Part shown: positions 14,901 to 29,697 of the stretch, piece after piece | Layout: every line of letters begins with the position of its first letter | Numbering within the stretch: the first letter of the stretch is position 1 | The notes under the pieces: model-generated | The model's input: only the letters and a program-made list of their open reading frames with translations | Databases searched by the model: none | What the model was told of the DNA's origin: nothing | Program-made: the position numbers and the translations under genes | Origin: the human T2T-CHM13v2.0 reference genome, Homo sapiens | DNA length: 64,000 nt | Strand: one strand, 5' to 3' | NCBI RefSeq assembly: GCF_009914755.1 | Contig: NC_060942.1

Positions 14901-16926
14901 AAAGAAATGGAACCAGAGAACCATCATCCAGATATTTACTTAGGTATAACTCAGTTACAAACCAGTAATATGAAATCCCAGATAAATAAAAATTGTGTTT
15001 CATCAGAGCAATTCATTTAACTGGTAATTTTAACATTTTTCCTCTCCGAACTCTTTTTACTGTGTCTGTTAACAAAAAGAAAAAGAAAAAAGAGAAACTG
15101 CAAAGGGCATCCAAGCTTCTAAGAATTTATAAGACCAAAAAGGGAGACATTTGGTTATATTCGTACCTGCAATAGATTGCCAGTCATTTGCAGTGCACTG
15201 AATAAAGAATTGCCGTTTTCAATTCATACAGGGGAAAGAGAATGGGAAAATTCTTTAGGTAAAAACGAAAATGTCACATTCACACAAAATACTAAAAATA
15301 CAAAGTTGAGTGAGGAGAAAGAAAAGTGATTGGGAAGGAAAGGAGAAAAGGGAAAAGAAGACTGTGGGGGCTTGGGCAGGACTGATAGAGCGGTAAGACT
15401 GAACTGAGTTTTTAATTTTAAGAGGCATACGAATTAAATTCTCCACCAGAAAAATAAATCAAGGGAACTTTTATAGGGTGACTAATACATTAATAACCTA
15501 CAGAAAGAGCTGAGCTCTCAGGTGAAGCCGGTTCAAGGACAAAAGGGCAAACTCCCACTCTCCGAACACTGTCAAGGGATCTTTAATGAATTCACGGAGC
15601 TGAGACACAGAATCGAGAACTCTTAGAGATGCTCGTCCACATCTAGAAAGTCTCTTGTGTACATCTCTGAAAGGCCTTATTATTGACTAATGAGCTTGTC
15701 TAAAACACCTATTTGCTTTATTATTTGCAAACAAACACACAATGATGCCTGAGCTAATTTGAGATTCCAACTTTTCATTTTTAATGCTGCTTAGTTAACG
15801 CATAAAACCTTTCACAGTGTTCATGACAAAGAGGTTACTCTTTCTTCTTTGTGCCAGTGAGTTTTTCAAAGCTAGCTCCACCGGATGTCATTTTCTCTAG
15901 AAACTTTTTTCCCTTCTTCCATTAGTGGAACAGTCTAATTACTGCATAATCAAAAAGAGAAGCATACACGGCTGCCTGGCTTCACCACATCCACACAATG
16001 GTGAAGAATGTGTCTTAACAGTCCAGTGAACTGTCAGCGGCAAAAGTAATTGGAAACTGGGGGCTATTTCTTTGTGTACTAGTAGTGGAAGTTGTTCTTG
16101 AGCTTTGTTAATAGGCAAATCACTCTCACGAGGTTAGGAGCCTATAGTTAGTTTGTAAAGACATAATGTTAAAAAAAATTAAGACATTGTAATACTCCTT
16201 CCAAAATTTTTTTTCAATTACACATTAAATGACTTGGCATTTGAGGTAATGTTATCTAGTGTTAATTCACGTGTTAGGAAATTGCCTTTTTCTAGAACCT
16301 GGGGTTAATAGAGTGCAAAAGACCATTCTTATCAAGGGGTGTGAGAAAGGCGATTAATTTACACTATAAATTAAAACATAGAAAATGGAAAGAAAACAGA
16401 TTCTGAGTTTGGGCCTAACTCCTGAAAAGCTATTATGTTTTGTTGTTTTTTTTCTGTTTTAATTTGTTATTTTTATCCACTTTTGCAGGCCTCTAATCAT
16501 TCCAGGCAGAACACACAGCACGGATGAAACTATACATGAAAGAATATGCTTCAGGAAGCAAAATTAATTGACATTGCAGGAAACATATTCAGAGAGTATA
16601 GAGTTACAGCTGTGTGGCTTCTATTCACATCACAGTAGAATCATTTGTCTGGTTAATATTTGCAAAAGCACATTTGAAAAGGAAAACTATGAAGTGCTAA
16701 GTAGGCTTGTTGACAAGCATTAATCCTCTTTGTTATATTTCACATTTAATAAAAATAGTGATGCTGGTAATGATAAAATCCATTTGTACTATATTCAGAA
16801 TCCATTGCAAAGCAATGTAGGTCAGCTTCTAAACAAGTAAGCCTGAAAGTAATTGTTTATGGACCACTACACAGCTCTTTGTGAAGATCAGTTATTATAA
16901 ACAAAATCACTGGTGAATTAGTAGTA

Positions 16927-16954
16927 TAAATAAATAAATAAATAAATAAATAAA
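16927..16954 (+). repeat. (TAAA)n microsatellite
   Basis: About 7 consecutive TAAA units. Confidence 0.9.
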
Positions 16955-18529
16955 GTTATTCATTTTTATTTCAGGAGCCAGGCCTTTGTTCTCTACTTTA
17001 CCTACCCACAGCATCTAAAGATAATAGCAGGCCTTGTCACATGTAAAATTTTAAATAAACTTACCTTTCTCGTCCCCTCAGGACTTCCAAGTCCTGAGGA
17101 TGCTGGGCTAACTACTTTCCCAGGAGCCCACACTCAGATGCCTCAAGTTAGACCTAAACATTTTCCTTCTTATTCCCTGTTGGTACATATTTTCTCTTCT
17201 TCCTTTCTTTCAAGACTCTAACATAGGTAATCAAACACAAGAATTTTGCCTAACAACTGCTTGCTATAAAAATCAACTAAGTAATGTGTGTGACTGATGA
17301 AGTGTCCAATACTTATAAGTTCTGTAACCTTGGGCCTATTGCCCAATTTCATAAACCTCAGCTTCCTCATTTGTAGAAATGAGCTAATAACCCTATAAAG
17401 GATCTAGAGAAGATGCATGTGAAGTTTCTATCCCAGTGCCTAGCACATAGTAGGTACTCAATTAGTATGAGATATTGGATTATTATTCCCAGAGCCAAGC
17501 GCGGTACATGTTATACAATTGGGACTAAATCTATGCTCGTTGAATAGGATTAATTCACAAAGACAGGTTAGGCCAGATTGCCATCACTACCTGAAATAAC
17601 AGAAGAAGTCACTAATCAAGTAGCAATTATTTTGTGCATAAAATATTGTGCAAGCATCAATATGGTTTACAGAAGAACATAGCATTTTATACTGGTTTAG
17701 CTTCCTCCTATGCTAAAGCATAGATTACACAAAGGAGAAATATTACATGCTTTTAATAAAGTGTTAGAAGTTATCACAAATATTAACACTCAAGGAAACA
17801 AGCCATCGTCCCCATCACTGTTACTTAGGATGATCTGAATTAGAGTTATTTAAAAATGACTCACTTTTCACTTGACAATTTTAAATGATGGCTCAAATGG
17901 CTCATCGTTGCTATCCATTTAATCAATCTATTTGTATAAAAACAGTGACCAATTAAAAAACTCAATACTGCAATTAAGAAATGTCAATACATCACAAAGT
18001 AATTATTAGAGGACCGAAAGAAAATTTGAAATATCCCAGACAAATAGAAAAGTAGCTTTAAAAAGTACAAAATCAATGGAAACAATGCAATATATTTAGA
18101 GACAATAACTAAGGAGCAAAACTGGATAGAAGAAAAATAGGGAGGCAGGGAGAAAAAGTGCTTTTAGAAAAATGAAATTAAACTTGAATAAAACTATTCT
18201 ACTTTCTAGCTGTATAAATGTACATACATCACTTAGTCCCTCTCAAACTCAGTTTTCTTATCTTTAAAATGGAAATTATAGTATGTCTCTGCATGTTTCT
18301 TATGATAATTAGAATAATAAGTATTTCCCTCACAGAAGAGCCATTCAGAAAATAAGCAGTAGAGGAGCTATCAGTGATGGCTGCAGGAGAACAGCAGTGG
18401 CAGTAGGAATAGACTAGTCTTTGGGAAATCATATTTAACTACAAGCTAAATAAAAAGCAATAATTTCATGCTGTAGAAAAAAGGAAACCCATACTATTCC
18501 AAAATACATTTTCAAGCATGTAATGGAAG

Positions 18530-19220
18530 GGCAAAAATGCCCAATAAACATATAGAAAAAACAATTCAATTTTACTAGTGATCAGGGAATGTGAATTAAA
18601 TAAGATGCCATTACACACCTATCAAATTGGCAAAAAATTTAAAGTGTGACAATATCAAATACAAATGAGGATATGAAAAGCAGGAGCTATGGTAACCACT
18701 TTGGAGGGCAATTTGCAACATCTGGTTAAAAAAAAAAAAGCAAGTCCTCTGCTGCTCTGCAATGGCATTTCTCCACTGGAGATGTGGTCACATCTGAACA
18801 CAAGGACATACATACAAACATTGCTTACAGTGGAAAAAAAAATGAAAAAACCTAAATGTCTCTCAACAGGAGAATGGATATATAAAAGTTATACATTCAT
18901 TAAATGGGATATGATAGAACATTTAAAATAAATGAATCAAAGCTATATGTATCAACATAAATCTTTAAAACAATGTTGAAATGAGAAAACATGTTGATGA
19001 GTGATTTTTAAAAATTATGCTATTTTGTGTTGGCTCTGGAAAAGTATAAAAACATGAAATTATACATATTAGATTCAGAATGGTAGTTTTTCCTGGGATT
19101 GGAATGAGAAGAAGAGAATCAGGCAGCAGTACACAGTCTATAATATTTGATGTCTTTCAAAATACTTGAAGCAAATAGGACAAACGGATAAGATTTCTTA
19201 AACTTGGTACTATGTATGCA
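18530..19220 (+). mobile_element. Old L1M (L1ME/L1MC-like) 3' fragment
   Basis: Degenerate L1 ORF2-end and 3'UTR motifs (ccactttggagggcaatttgcaacatct, acctaaatgtctctcaacaggagaatggata). Confidence 0.7.
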
Positions 19221-20535
19221 GAAAGGCCCATATAATCACATCATGTAGACAAATCTCTGGGGCTTAGAGTCCCCATCTGTAAAATGAAGTGACTGGACCA
19301 GCTAATCACTAAGCTCCCTTCCAGCTGAGAGATTCCATAATTCTGTGATAAGAAGGACTTATAATGACGAGGCAGGCTAGTAAAGTTGTTCTCTCTGTCA
19401 TAGAAAGAAGAAATCAATTTAAATTTAAGTAGGAATACTACAAAGATCCCACAATCAAGACAGTGTGGTACTGGCATAAGGCTACACATGTAGATCAATG
19501 TAGTAGAAATGAGAGTTCAGAAATAAACCCTTACATTCATGGTCAATTGATTTTCAACAAGGTTGCCAAGACTGTTCAGTGGGGAAAGAATCATTTTCAA
19601 CAAATGATACTGGGACAACTGGATATCCATATGCAAAAGGATGAAGTTGGACTGGTACCTCAGTTACACCCAAAAATTAACTCAAAATAGAAGATAGACT
19701 AAATGTCAGTGCTAAAACTATAAAATGCTCAGAAAAAAAAATAGAAGTAAATCTTTGTGATCTTAGGCAATGTTTTCTTAGATATGAGACAAAATAAAAG
19801 CAAAAAAGAAAAAATACAAATGGATCATTAAAATTAAAACTTTGAGTTTTAATGCACACCATCAAGAAAGTGAAAATACAACCTCTGGAATGGGACAAAA
19901 TATTTGCAAATCATATGTCTAATGACTTGTATCAAAAATACATAAATAATTCTTACAATTCAATAATAAAAAGACAAATACCCAACTTTAAAAAAGGAGA
20001 AAGAATTTGGTGGACATGCCTTCATATACAAATATACAAATGATATACAAATGAGCATTAAAAGATGCTCAACATCATTAGTCATTAGGGAAATGCAAAT
20101 TAAAACCACAATGAGATACCATTAGCATGTCTATAATTTAAAAAAAAAAACAGACAATAACAAGCATTGTCAAGATGTGGAGAAATTTAAAACCTCATAC
20201 ATTGCTAATTGTATTATAAATTGGCACAGCCACTATAAAAAACAGTTTGGCAGCTCTTCAAAAAGTTAACCATAGCATTACCATATGACCCAGTAATTCC
20301 ACTTCCGGGTGTATACTTAAAAGAATTGAAAACATATCTCCATGAAAACACTTGTACATAAATGTTCATAGCAGTATTATTCATAATAGCTGGATAGTAG
20401 GAACAACCCATATGTCAATCAACTTTTGAATGGATGCGTAAATGCATTGCATCCATATAGTGAAGTATTATCCAGTCACAAAGAGAAACAAAGTACTGAT
20501 ATATGTTACAACATGAATAAAACTTGAAAACATTA

Positions 20536-20860
<325 letters not shown>

Positions 20861-20880
20861 AAGCCAAACACAAAAGCAAC

Positions 20881-21149
20881 TGCTATGGTCTGAATGTTTA
20901 TGTCCCCCAAAACTACCAAGGTGATGGTATTAGAAGGCGGGAGCCTCTGTGAGGTGATTAGGTCAAGAGTACACAGCCCTAATAAATGGAATTAGTGTCC
21001 TTATAAAAGAGGCCCAAAAGAGGCCCCTTATCTACTATCACCTTGATCTTGGACTTCCCAGCATCACAACTGTGAGAAATAAATTTCTGTTGTTTATAAG
21101 CCACCCAGGTTATGGTATTTTATTATAACAGCCCAAATGTCTTAAAACA
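20881..21149 (+). mobile_element. MLT1A-type LTR (internally deleted) inside L1MB
   Basis: TG start tgctatggtctgaatgtttatgtccccc; aaataaatttctgttgtttataagccaccc; CA end. Confidence 0.85.
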
Positions 21150-21786
21150 GTCACATATTGTATGATTCCATTTATATGAAATGTTCAGAATAGGCAAAAA
21201 CCATTGAAAAAGAAAGTAGTGATTTTTGGGGAATAGGGGAAGGAGAGAATAGAAAGTGACTGCTGATGGGGATGGGGTTTCTTTTTGAGCTGATAGAAAT
21301 GTATTAAAATTAAATAGTGATGATGGTTGCACAACTCTGAATATTAAAATGCACTGAATTATATGCTTTAAAAAGAGTAAATGTTATGCTATGTGATTTA
21401 TATCTCAATGAGCTGTTATTTAAAAATTTAATGGGGAAAGTCTGGAGCTAGGATTTTTAAAGAATAATTTAATTATTATGATTATTAGAATTATTAGAAT
21501 TTCCTTGGAAAGCTCCAAGAAGATATGTGGGATCATTACTGTAGGAGGGTTCCAGAAGAAAGTGTGTTAAAACTGTCATAATATCTTTAGACTTTTTTAA
21601 AAATCTGAAGCGATATGGTTGGTTTATACAATTTTCTGAGATTTTTCCTAGTTTGTTCAACAGTGAACCTAAGACTTTTGTTACCAGATATTGATTTTTC
21701 TTCTGTTTCCCTCTTGGGCTTTATTTCTAAATACAGAATATATTCTGCTTCTCATCAGATTTGAGGAAACCCCTTTTTAGTAATTA

Positions 21787-22320
<534 letters not shown>

Positions 22321-23944
22321 TCAGCATTATGACTACCCATTCCTTATAATACACAACTATGCTCTGCACTGGTTTTGGGTGTCATCTCTTCCTGGGCTGT
22401 CAACAGTCACTTCTGCTGTTATTGCAAAATGACTTCTGTGAAGGCTTTTCATAGATTTACAGAAAGATTGTTTCACTTCTCACTAACCCTCTCTCATGTT
22501 TTAACCAAAAAAATTCTTTAATATCAATTGCTTTTAAAGAAGAATAAAGGGACCTTTTATAGAGAGAAAATGAAAATAAAGGTCAGTTATTCTGGTATCC
22601 CATAACTCTTCTTCATCTCAGCTTGGCTGAGAGGTGGAAGGCTCTTGAGTTCTTGCGTAGAATCATTCTTCCTCTTTGGACAGATGGCTTATGACGGACT
22701 CAGGGTTAAAGAAAGAAAGAGTCCTCATCTTGACTACAGTCCCAGGAAGAGCTAGAGGAGTTGGGATGGGTACCAGGACTTTATCTTCATATAACACCAC
22801 TCCCAGAAACCCTATTCTGTGACAAGAACCCCTTCTCCCATCTCATTTCCTTTCTCACTAATGTCATTTCACTAAAGACAGTGAGGTGGGAGCGAGGAAA
22901 ATTTTAAGTGGTATAGAAGCAAAAGGAAACAGGAGCAGGGTTCTCACCTTGACTTACTTCCTTCTAAAATATAAGCAGATGTATAGGGGATAAATTATCA
23001 CAGTATTAGCTTCTTAATCTTACTTAAAGATACAACTTAAATAAATTAGCATATCTCTTCTGACTACATCATGTTGACCAAATAGGAATATTTTTAATTC
23101 ACGTAGCAGTTTTCACCTTTGAACACTGAATATTGACAGAGTGTTGGCTTCTATTTTTTCTAAAGGAAGGAAAAACATAACTGTAGGGAAACTTTTCACC
23201 AAAATTGGCTGCCACCTGTTGTCCTTTTTTTTTTGTCTTCCCAACATTTCAGTGTTAGAACATTACAAACAAAATGTAAAAGCCTTTGCATCTACTTGGG
23301 CAGGAAATAATTTGTTTGGTAAGTGCTAAATGTCATAACAGATAGTTTGGAATCCCCTGGTTTCTATTCACTTATTTCTGGGTTCACAGATAGGCCATAT
23401 GTTGGGTATACCTAAAGTCTTTTTTCTAAATAACTGGGATAGTATATTCCACAAATTATTTAGAAGGAAACAATCTAATCTCAATAATTGAGGCTACTGT
23501 GTGTTCCAGATAGAATGGATTATTTTTCCAGTTGGAAGTCATGAATTGGTCCCTGAATGATGGTAAAAGACCCCAGATGACCCTATTAGAAATGTAGCAT
23601 GAGCAAGAAATAAAGATTTGTTTGATGACTCATATTTCCAAGTAATTTGTTAACACACCTTACCAATCCTGACTAATATATGTTATGAGTTGAAAGATGG
23701 AGCAAATCTGTCTCAAAGGATGTTCAGCTTGAGCTATGTTAAGAATGACTGTTATTTGGAAAAAAAGGAAAAACATTCTGGATTGGGATATTCAACTTGA
23801 ATAAAATGAGAGATGTGGGTTTATGTGAGTAAAAGAAGAGAATAACAAATGTAAAGAATACATTAAAAAATATTGGACACAATGGCTTGTCATGTAGTAT
23901 AGGCCCAGATCTTACAGAGTCTTTGAAATCCAATGCATTACATT

Positions 23945-24445
23945 AGACACCTTAACTGCAAGTAACAGAAACCAGTTGAGTAAACATAAGCCAAAGAGGA
24001 GAAATTATTTAAATGATATGGGACTACTTAAAGGAATCCAAATGCAGAGACACTTTCAAGACTCACAAAATATTGAGAGTCAGATCTGGGAAAGCTGGCA
24101 GAAGCACTTTCTCTGCGCATTACCTTTACTTCTTTGACTTGTCTTTTTCATTCTTCTCGCTCTCTCTCTCATTCTGCAGACTGGTTTTCTCAGCTTTTGT
24201 TTACGTGTTGCAGTTTCAGGCACAGAATGGTCATTTCTAGATTCCAATATCAAATCCCCAGAGAGATAATAACTGGGTTCTGCTCAGGTCAGATGTCCCC
24301 CACCAACTCAATCAACTATAGGCCAGGAGGCTGGATGACATGGCACACATAGGGCTGCTGGGAGCTCACCCTGTGAATCAAGGGTCTCCCAAAGGAGGGG
24401 CATCCTCGTGGGCTGAACTGGTCACCAGTAGTTGTCCACTACAGA
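23945..24445 (-). mobile_element. Old MLT1-family LTR fragment
   Basis: tgcaagtaacagaaacc...aagccaaagaggag terminus motif; ctcaggtcagatgtccccca...caatcaactataggccag. Confidence 0.55.
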
Positions 24446-24670
24446 TAGTGGGTGAGTTAAAATATGATATCTTATGTAATCAAATAAGGAGAAGGTAAAT
24501 AATATGATAAAAGATATTTTAGGAAAATTACCCTGATAGTATTGCGCAGAACAGGTCAACACCAAAATAGATCAGGGACAGATAAATCAAGAGACAGACG
24601 CAGGCAAACATGTGTCCTAGTAAAATTAATTACCATTTGTAAGCAAAGGTAAATATGAAGAAAAATTCAG

Positions 24671-24980
24671 GGCCAGGCATTGTGGCCCATGCCTGTAATT
24701 CCAGCACTTTGGGAGGCAGAGGTGGGCGGATTATGAGGTCAGGAGAGCGAGAAGAGCCTGGCCAACATGGTGAAACCTCATCTGTACTAAAAATACAAAA
24801 ATTAGCTTGTCATGGTGGCTCGCGCCTGTAGTCCCAGCTACTCAGGAGGCTGAGGCAGGAGAATCACTTGAACCCAGGAGGCAGAGGCTACAGTGAGCCG
24901 AGATCGTGCCACTGCACTCCATCCTGGGAAACAGAGTGAGACTCTGTCTCAAAAAAAAAAAGAAAGAAAGAAAGAAAAGA
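24671..24980 (+). mobile_element. AluS-type SINE
   Basis: Full dimer with A/GAAA tail; TSD aaaaattcag. Confidence 0.93.
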
Positions 24981-26519
24981 AAAATTCAGTTAAATCATAT
25001 CAACACTAATGATTGTTTCTTGTTTGGTATTATAGGACCTGAAAATTGTGTGGTCTATCTATTTCTTATTCAGGTTAAGGCATATGGCACATGAAAAAAG
25101 AATATTTTGTAATGGAGCTGATCAAGTCAGTTCCTCAAATTTTAAAGATAAATACACATAGACCTCATAACATTAGTAAATGAAACATTGATGCCTTCTA
25201 TCTGGTCAATAATGGGAAATTCCCCTTTCTTTAAACATTTAAGCCACAAGAGTTTGCTGTTTAACTTTTCAAGCTATGAATAATACATTTTCTCATATTT
25301 TTTTCATTCAGAATTTATATCCACTTTGAATTCAATCCTTGAAGGAATGATAGTTTGATGAGGTAGAGAGGCCCCCAGCCTGATGGTGAGGAGACTGCTG
25401 TGAAATGGTAATTCCACCTCTCTTGGTTTTGAGTCCCTGGGCAAAGGACTTAGCCAGTGTGAACCTTTGTTTCCTCATACAGATATTGATTTTAAAAATA
25501 TTTAACAAACAGGCTTTCGAGCAACACCAGAAGGCATCACTTGGTTCACACTGGAGCCCTACGGCAGAGGGTTGGCAGAAGTGTGTCTCCCCAGCTCTTA
25601 TGCCACTCTGTGGAACAATGTACTTAGCTGAGTAGCACTGGTTCCACCATGAAGCTGGGCTCCAAGAGAAGGATCCTGGCCTCTGTGGTTATGTTCCCTC
25701 TGGAGCTCCCTCTGGGTGCTCCACACTGAGGATGTCACATAATCTAAATGTGGAAACCAACAAGTTTGAACTTGGGTGCAGCCGTTCTGAGGTTGCTGAA
25801 TGCCATCAGCCCTGCACAAAGCCATCTTAAAGGAAGCTGGTCTGTTCATGAAGCCAATCCTTAATTATTTACCAATCTGAATAATCTTTCTATTATGGAG
25901 TAATGTCTGTCACTACCCATCAACAAATAGAAATGTTTCCACACATGAACTATTTTGCTTTGCTACTATCACCTAATAATAGGTTTAGCACCATCATTTT
26001 CAAATAAATATATGTTCTCCCATAAGAACCAAACCAAATGATGACTCCATTTGGCACAATGTCTACTGACATCTCTTACCACATGGCCATATCGATGCTA
26101 GTCTCCTCACTGAACTCTGAAACCCTAGAGTGAAGGTACTTTATCTTTTTCCCTTTTGTGTCACCTGAACCTTTTGCAGTGCCTAAAACAGAATACAGTA
26201 GATGCTCAATCAATGCTTATTGGTAAAGAAAACACAAAATGCTTTCTTGTAAAACAAAGATCCAAAAGAAAGAAAGAAAGGGAGTAAGAGAAGCAAATAT
26301 TTGAAAAAATAAGCATGCAAATAAGTAGCTCAGAAATGGCTTTCCACCTGGCTAAGGGTGTTTCTTTTTTTTTTTTTTTTAATAAAAAGAACAATAGGGA
26401 TCATTAAGCAATACAATGTACCCTTTCTCTCTAGCCCAGATGCTTTTATCCCTTTTAGCTAGTACCTGTAATCAGAGGGAGTATGTGATCTTATTTAGGG
26501 TTCACTCAACTCTAATCTT

Positions 26520-27870
26520 TCACAAAAACATTTATGTCTTTCAGAAAATTTAGGAACATTTCAGTAATTCATTTGAAAAATTTTCAGTCCCATTCTCTCC
26601 TTTCTTTTAGAGACTCTAATTATACAAATGTTAGCTCAGATCCCTGAGACTTTACTTTTTTCAGCCTATTTTCTCTCTGTTATTCAGGACAGATAAGCTT
26701 TATTGATCTGTCCTCAGGTTCACTGATTCTCTTCTCTGTCATCTCTACTCTACTGCTGTGTGCATCCAGCAAGCTTTTCATTTCAGTTACTACATTTTTC
26801 AGTTCTATTAATCTTCATTCAGTTTTTTTAAATAATTTTATTTCTTTGCTGAGATTTTTTATTTTTTCATTTGCTTCAAGAGAATTCATAATTGTTTGTT
26901 GAAACATTTGATGATGGCTGCTTTAAAATCTTTGTCAGATAATTCCAACATAGCATTCATCTTAGTGTTGGCATCTGGAGATTGTCATTTCTCATTTGGG
27001 TTGTGATTTTCCTGGTTCTTGGTAGGACAAGTGATATTTGAATGCATCCTGGATACTTTAGCTATTATATTGTGAGTGTCTTGATTTTACTTGATCTTCC
27101 TTTTTACAAGCAGTCCAACTGTTGAAGTGTAATGAGAGTGCCAGGTGGGTGTGCATATTCTGCTTTGCTGGGCCCCACCTCTCATCTCCTCACCCATAAC
27201 ACCACTTCTGTAAAAGTGGAGTGCTAACTCCAGCTGCCCCTGCATATTGGCAGAGTGAAGTTCATCTCCCACCTTGGTCAGGCTGACACCTTCCTGCAAA
27301 AGTGGGACAACACTAGCACTACAGCATTGCCTCCATTGAAAGTGTAAACCCGGCTTCACAATGGGCCTCCTCCTGACACCAGGAGAGGGGAGGACAGGGG
27401 GTGAAGTGCCAACTACTCCTGCTTCCTATTAACTCATTCAGCCTTGTTAGACGCCAGATTTGGGGGCGCAGGGGATGACAAGTGCAGACTCACCCTGCTT
27501 TGCACTGCCTCATTCAGTCTCATTACCAGTTTCCCGCTTGGTCCCAGTGACACCTATCGGGCTAGGGAGGAGCCAAGCATAGTGGTGACTGTATCCCCTC
27601 CCCTGCTATCTCATACTCACTCTGAGAGTTGTTGCTGCCCAGTGGAGGTGGAGACTCAGCCTCCTATGGGACCCTGCTGCAGTAACAGGAGTGCTGACTG
27701 CTTTGCTGGAGGGTTGGGGTTGGGGATGGGACATCAGCTCCCCACTCAGTCCTGTAGAAGAATGAGAGCACTACTACTTGTTTCCATAAGCTGTTTCCAT
27801 AAGGTGAGAGACAGGAGAGAGATGGGGCTGGGGTGAAATTTCAGCTCCCTGCTAAGCCCCACCAAAACCA
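26520..27870 (-). mobile_element. Old L1M (L1MC/MD-like) ORF1 and 5'UTR fragment, antisense
   Basis: T-rich antisense ORF1 motifs (caggttcactgattctcttctctgtcatctc, gctgctttaaaatctttgtcagataattccaaca) followed by a GC-richer 5'UTR-like region. Confidence 0.7.
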
Positions 27871-29697
27871 TGATTTACATGCTACCTATGGCTGTTCTCA
27901 AACAAATTGTGTATTTGACAATGTTTTTCCTACAAACTATTAAATAATTCACATGGTATATATTTTCTCATAATACCATAAAGACCTAAAACTGCAAAAA
28001 AAAAATAAAAAAATAAAAAACCACAGTCACGTGTTTAGGTACATTTTAAAGATGTTGTTGGCTATTTCAGAGTAAAATGCCAACAGTTTGCTCTGCAAAT
28101 GGTTTTTCTGTTCTGTTAAGCCACCTTTTCTCAGTGCTTTGGCTAGTGTAAAAAAGCTTTTCTTGGAGGCTTTTTTGTTTGTACCTATTGCTGATTCCAG
28201 ATTGAAGGCTTCTGCAAAGCCCCATCCAGGATATATGGGAGGCAATAAGGAAATCCAAGTCTTGAGGTCCTTACACAATCTGTCTCCTTCTTTCCACCAT
28301 TCATAGTATTCATATGTTTGCTTGTTCTGTTATGCGTGGGCTTTTTTTTTAATTGATCTCTATTTGGCCCAGAAGTTTAGGGTGTGTTTCTTTCATCCAG
28401 ACAAGTGAGACACTCCCCAGATTCACAGGTAGGAGCCAGCCCAACCAGTAATCTTCCTAGGCAAAAATGCTTTGGAGAAATGAATGAGTTAAAAAAACTG
28501 GTCATTGCCACTTGATTTAAAGAGAAGTTTCCTCTCACTGTCATCCATTTCCATTTGATTTAAATGTAACCACCCTTTATTTTCATTCAAACACAAAAAA
28601 GACATTTTATTAAAACAACTAGACAGATCAACATAAAACATTCTGTACTTAATTATGATATGTGGATTTCAAGATTTTAAAGAATAAATACTCATTAATC
28701 TAGTTCTGGGCTTGTCATCAAATCTGACTTTAAAATCTTTTTTCCTTAACTTTTAAATAGCTAATTTTAATTTTTATTAGAGAAGGGATACATGCTTACC
28801 AAACTTTAAAATGTAGAAAATTTTAAAGAAGAAAATAAAAATATCTTTGATCTCATTACTGTCAATATTTTGGAATATTCCCTTTCAGTATTTTCTTTTT
28901 TTTTGGTCTACCTAGATGCGTTAATCATATAATGTGTACAGTTTTAAATCTTGCTTTTGTCATCTAACACTGTCCTGACCATTTTCTTATGAGATTAAAC
29001 TTATTAGGAAAATTGATTTTATTGGCAGCAGATTAAAGACAAATCTTAATTTATTTAGACAATCTCTTGTTATTAAACATTTATATTGTTTCCTCATTTT
29101 TTTTTACTACTATAAATAGTGCTGCAGAAAGTATAGTTTTTGAACAAATGTTTATATAATTGTGATTATTTTCTTAGAATAGTTTTCTTGCCTTCCAACT
29201 TTATTTCTAAGGGTGATCCTAGCTCATAAATTTAATGCCAGTATTTTGGTCTGTTCAGAAAACTTGGAGAAATAGCCAACTTTCTAGTTTTAAACTTTGC
29301 AATACACTATAAAAACATATGAATATGTACACAGTTATATTGAAAGAGCTCTGTGTTTCCAGAGCATATTTATATCTTTATTATTAGATGTTTTAATTGA
29401 GCTTGTGATTTTTTTCACTAGGCTCAATAATTACTCTTAATTAGTGGTAAATAATTCTTACCTGACGTATCTAATTTTCCCACTGAAATGTGAAGATGGC
29501 ATTTTACTCTGGATAGCCAACAACATATTTAAAATATACATAAACACATGATTGCTGTTTTTTATTGTTTTTGCAGTTTAAAATCTTTATGGTATTATGA
29601 GAAAATATATGCCATGTGAATTCTTTAATAGTCTGTAGGAAAAACACTGCCAAACACAAAATTTGTTTGAGAATAGCCATAGGTAGCACGTAAATCA
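27871..29697. repeat. Inverted duplication: arms 27871-28082 and 29497-29697
   Basis: The reverse complement of the right arm aligns end to end with the left arm, with about 20 substitutions plus an A-run length difference (manual alignment). Confidence 0.95.

Noticed and set aside
19463-19690. ORF resembling a reverse-transcriptase-associated protein
   Set aside because: It is a decayed L1 ORF2 C-terminal fragment with flanking stops and frameshifts.
25510-25860. GC-richer unique segment as a possible exon or pseudogene fragment
   Set aside because: There is no recognisable protein and no convincing pair of splice sites.
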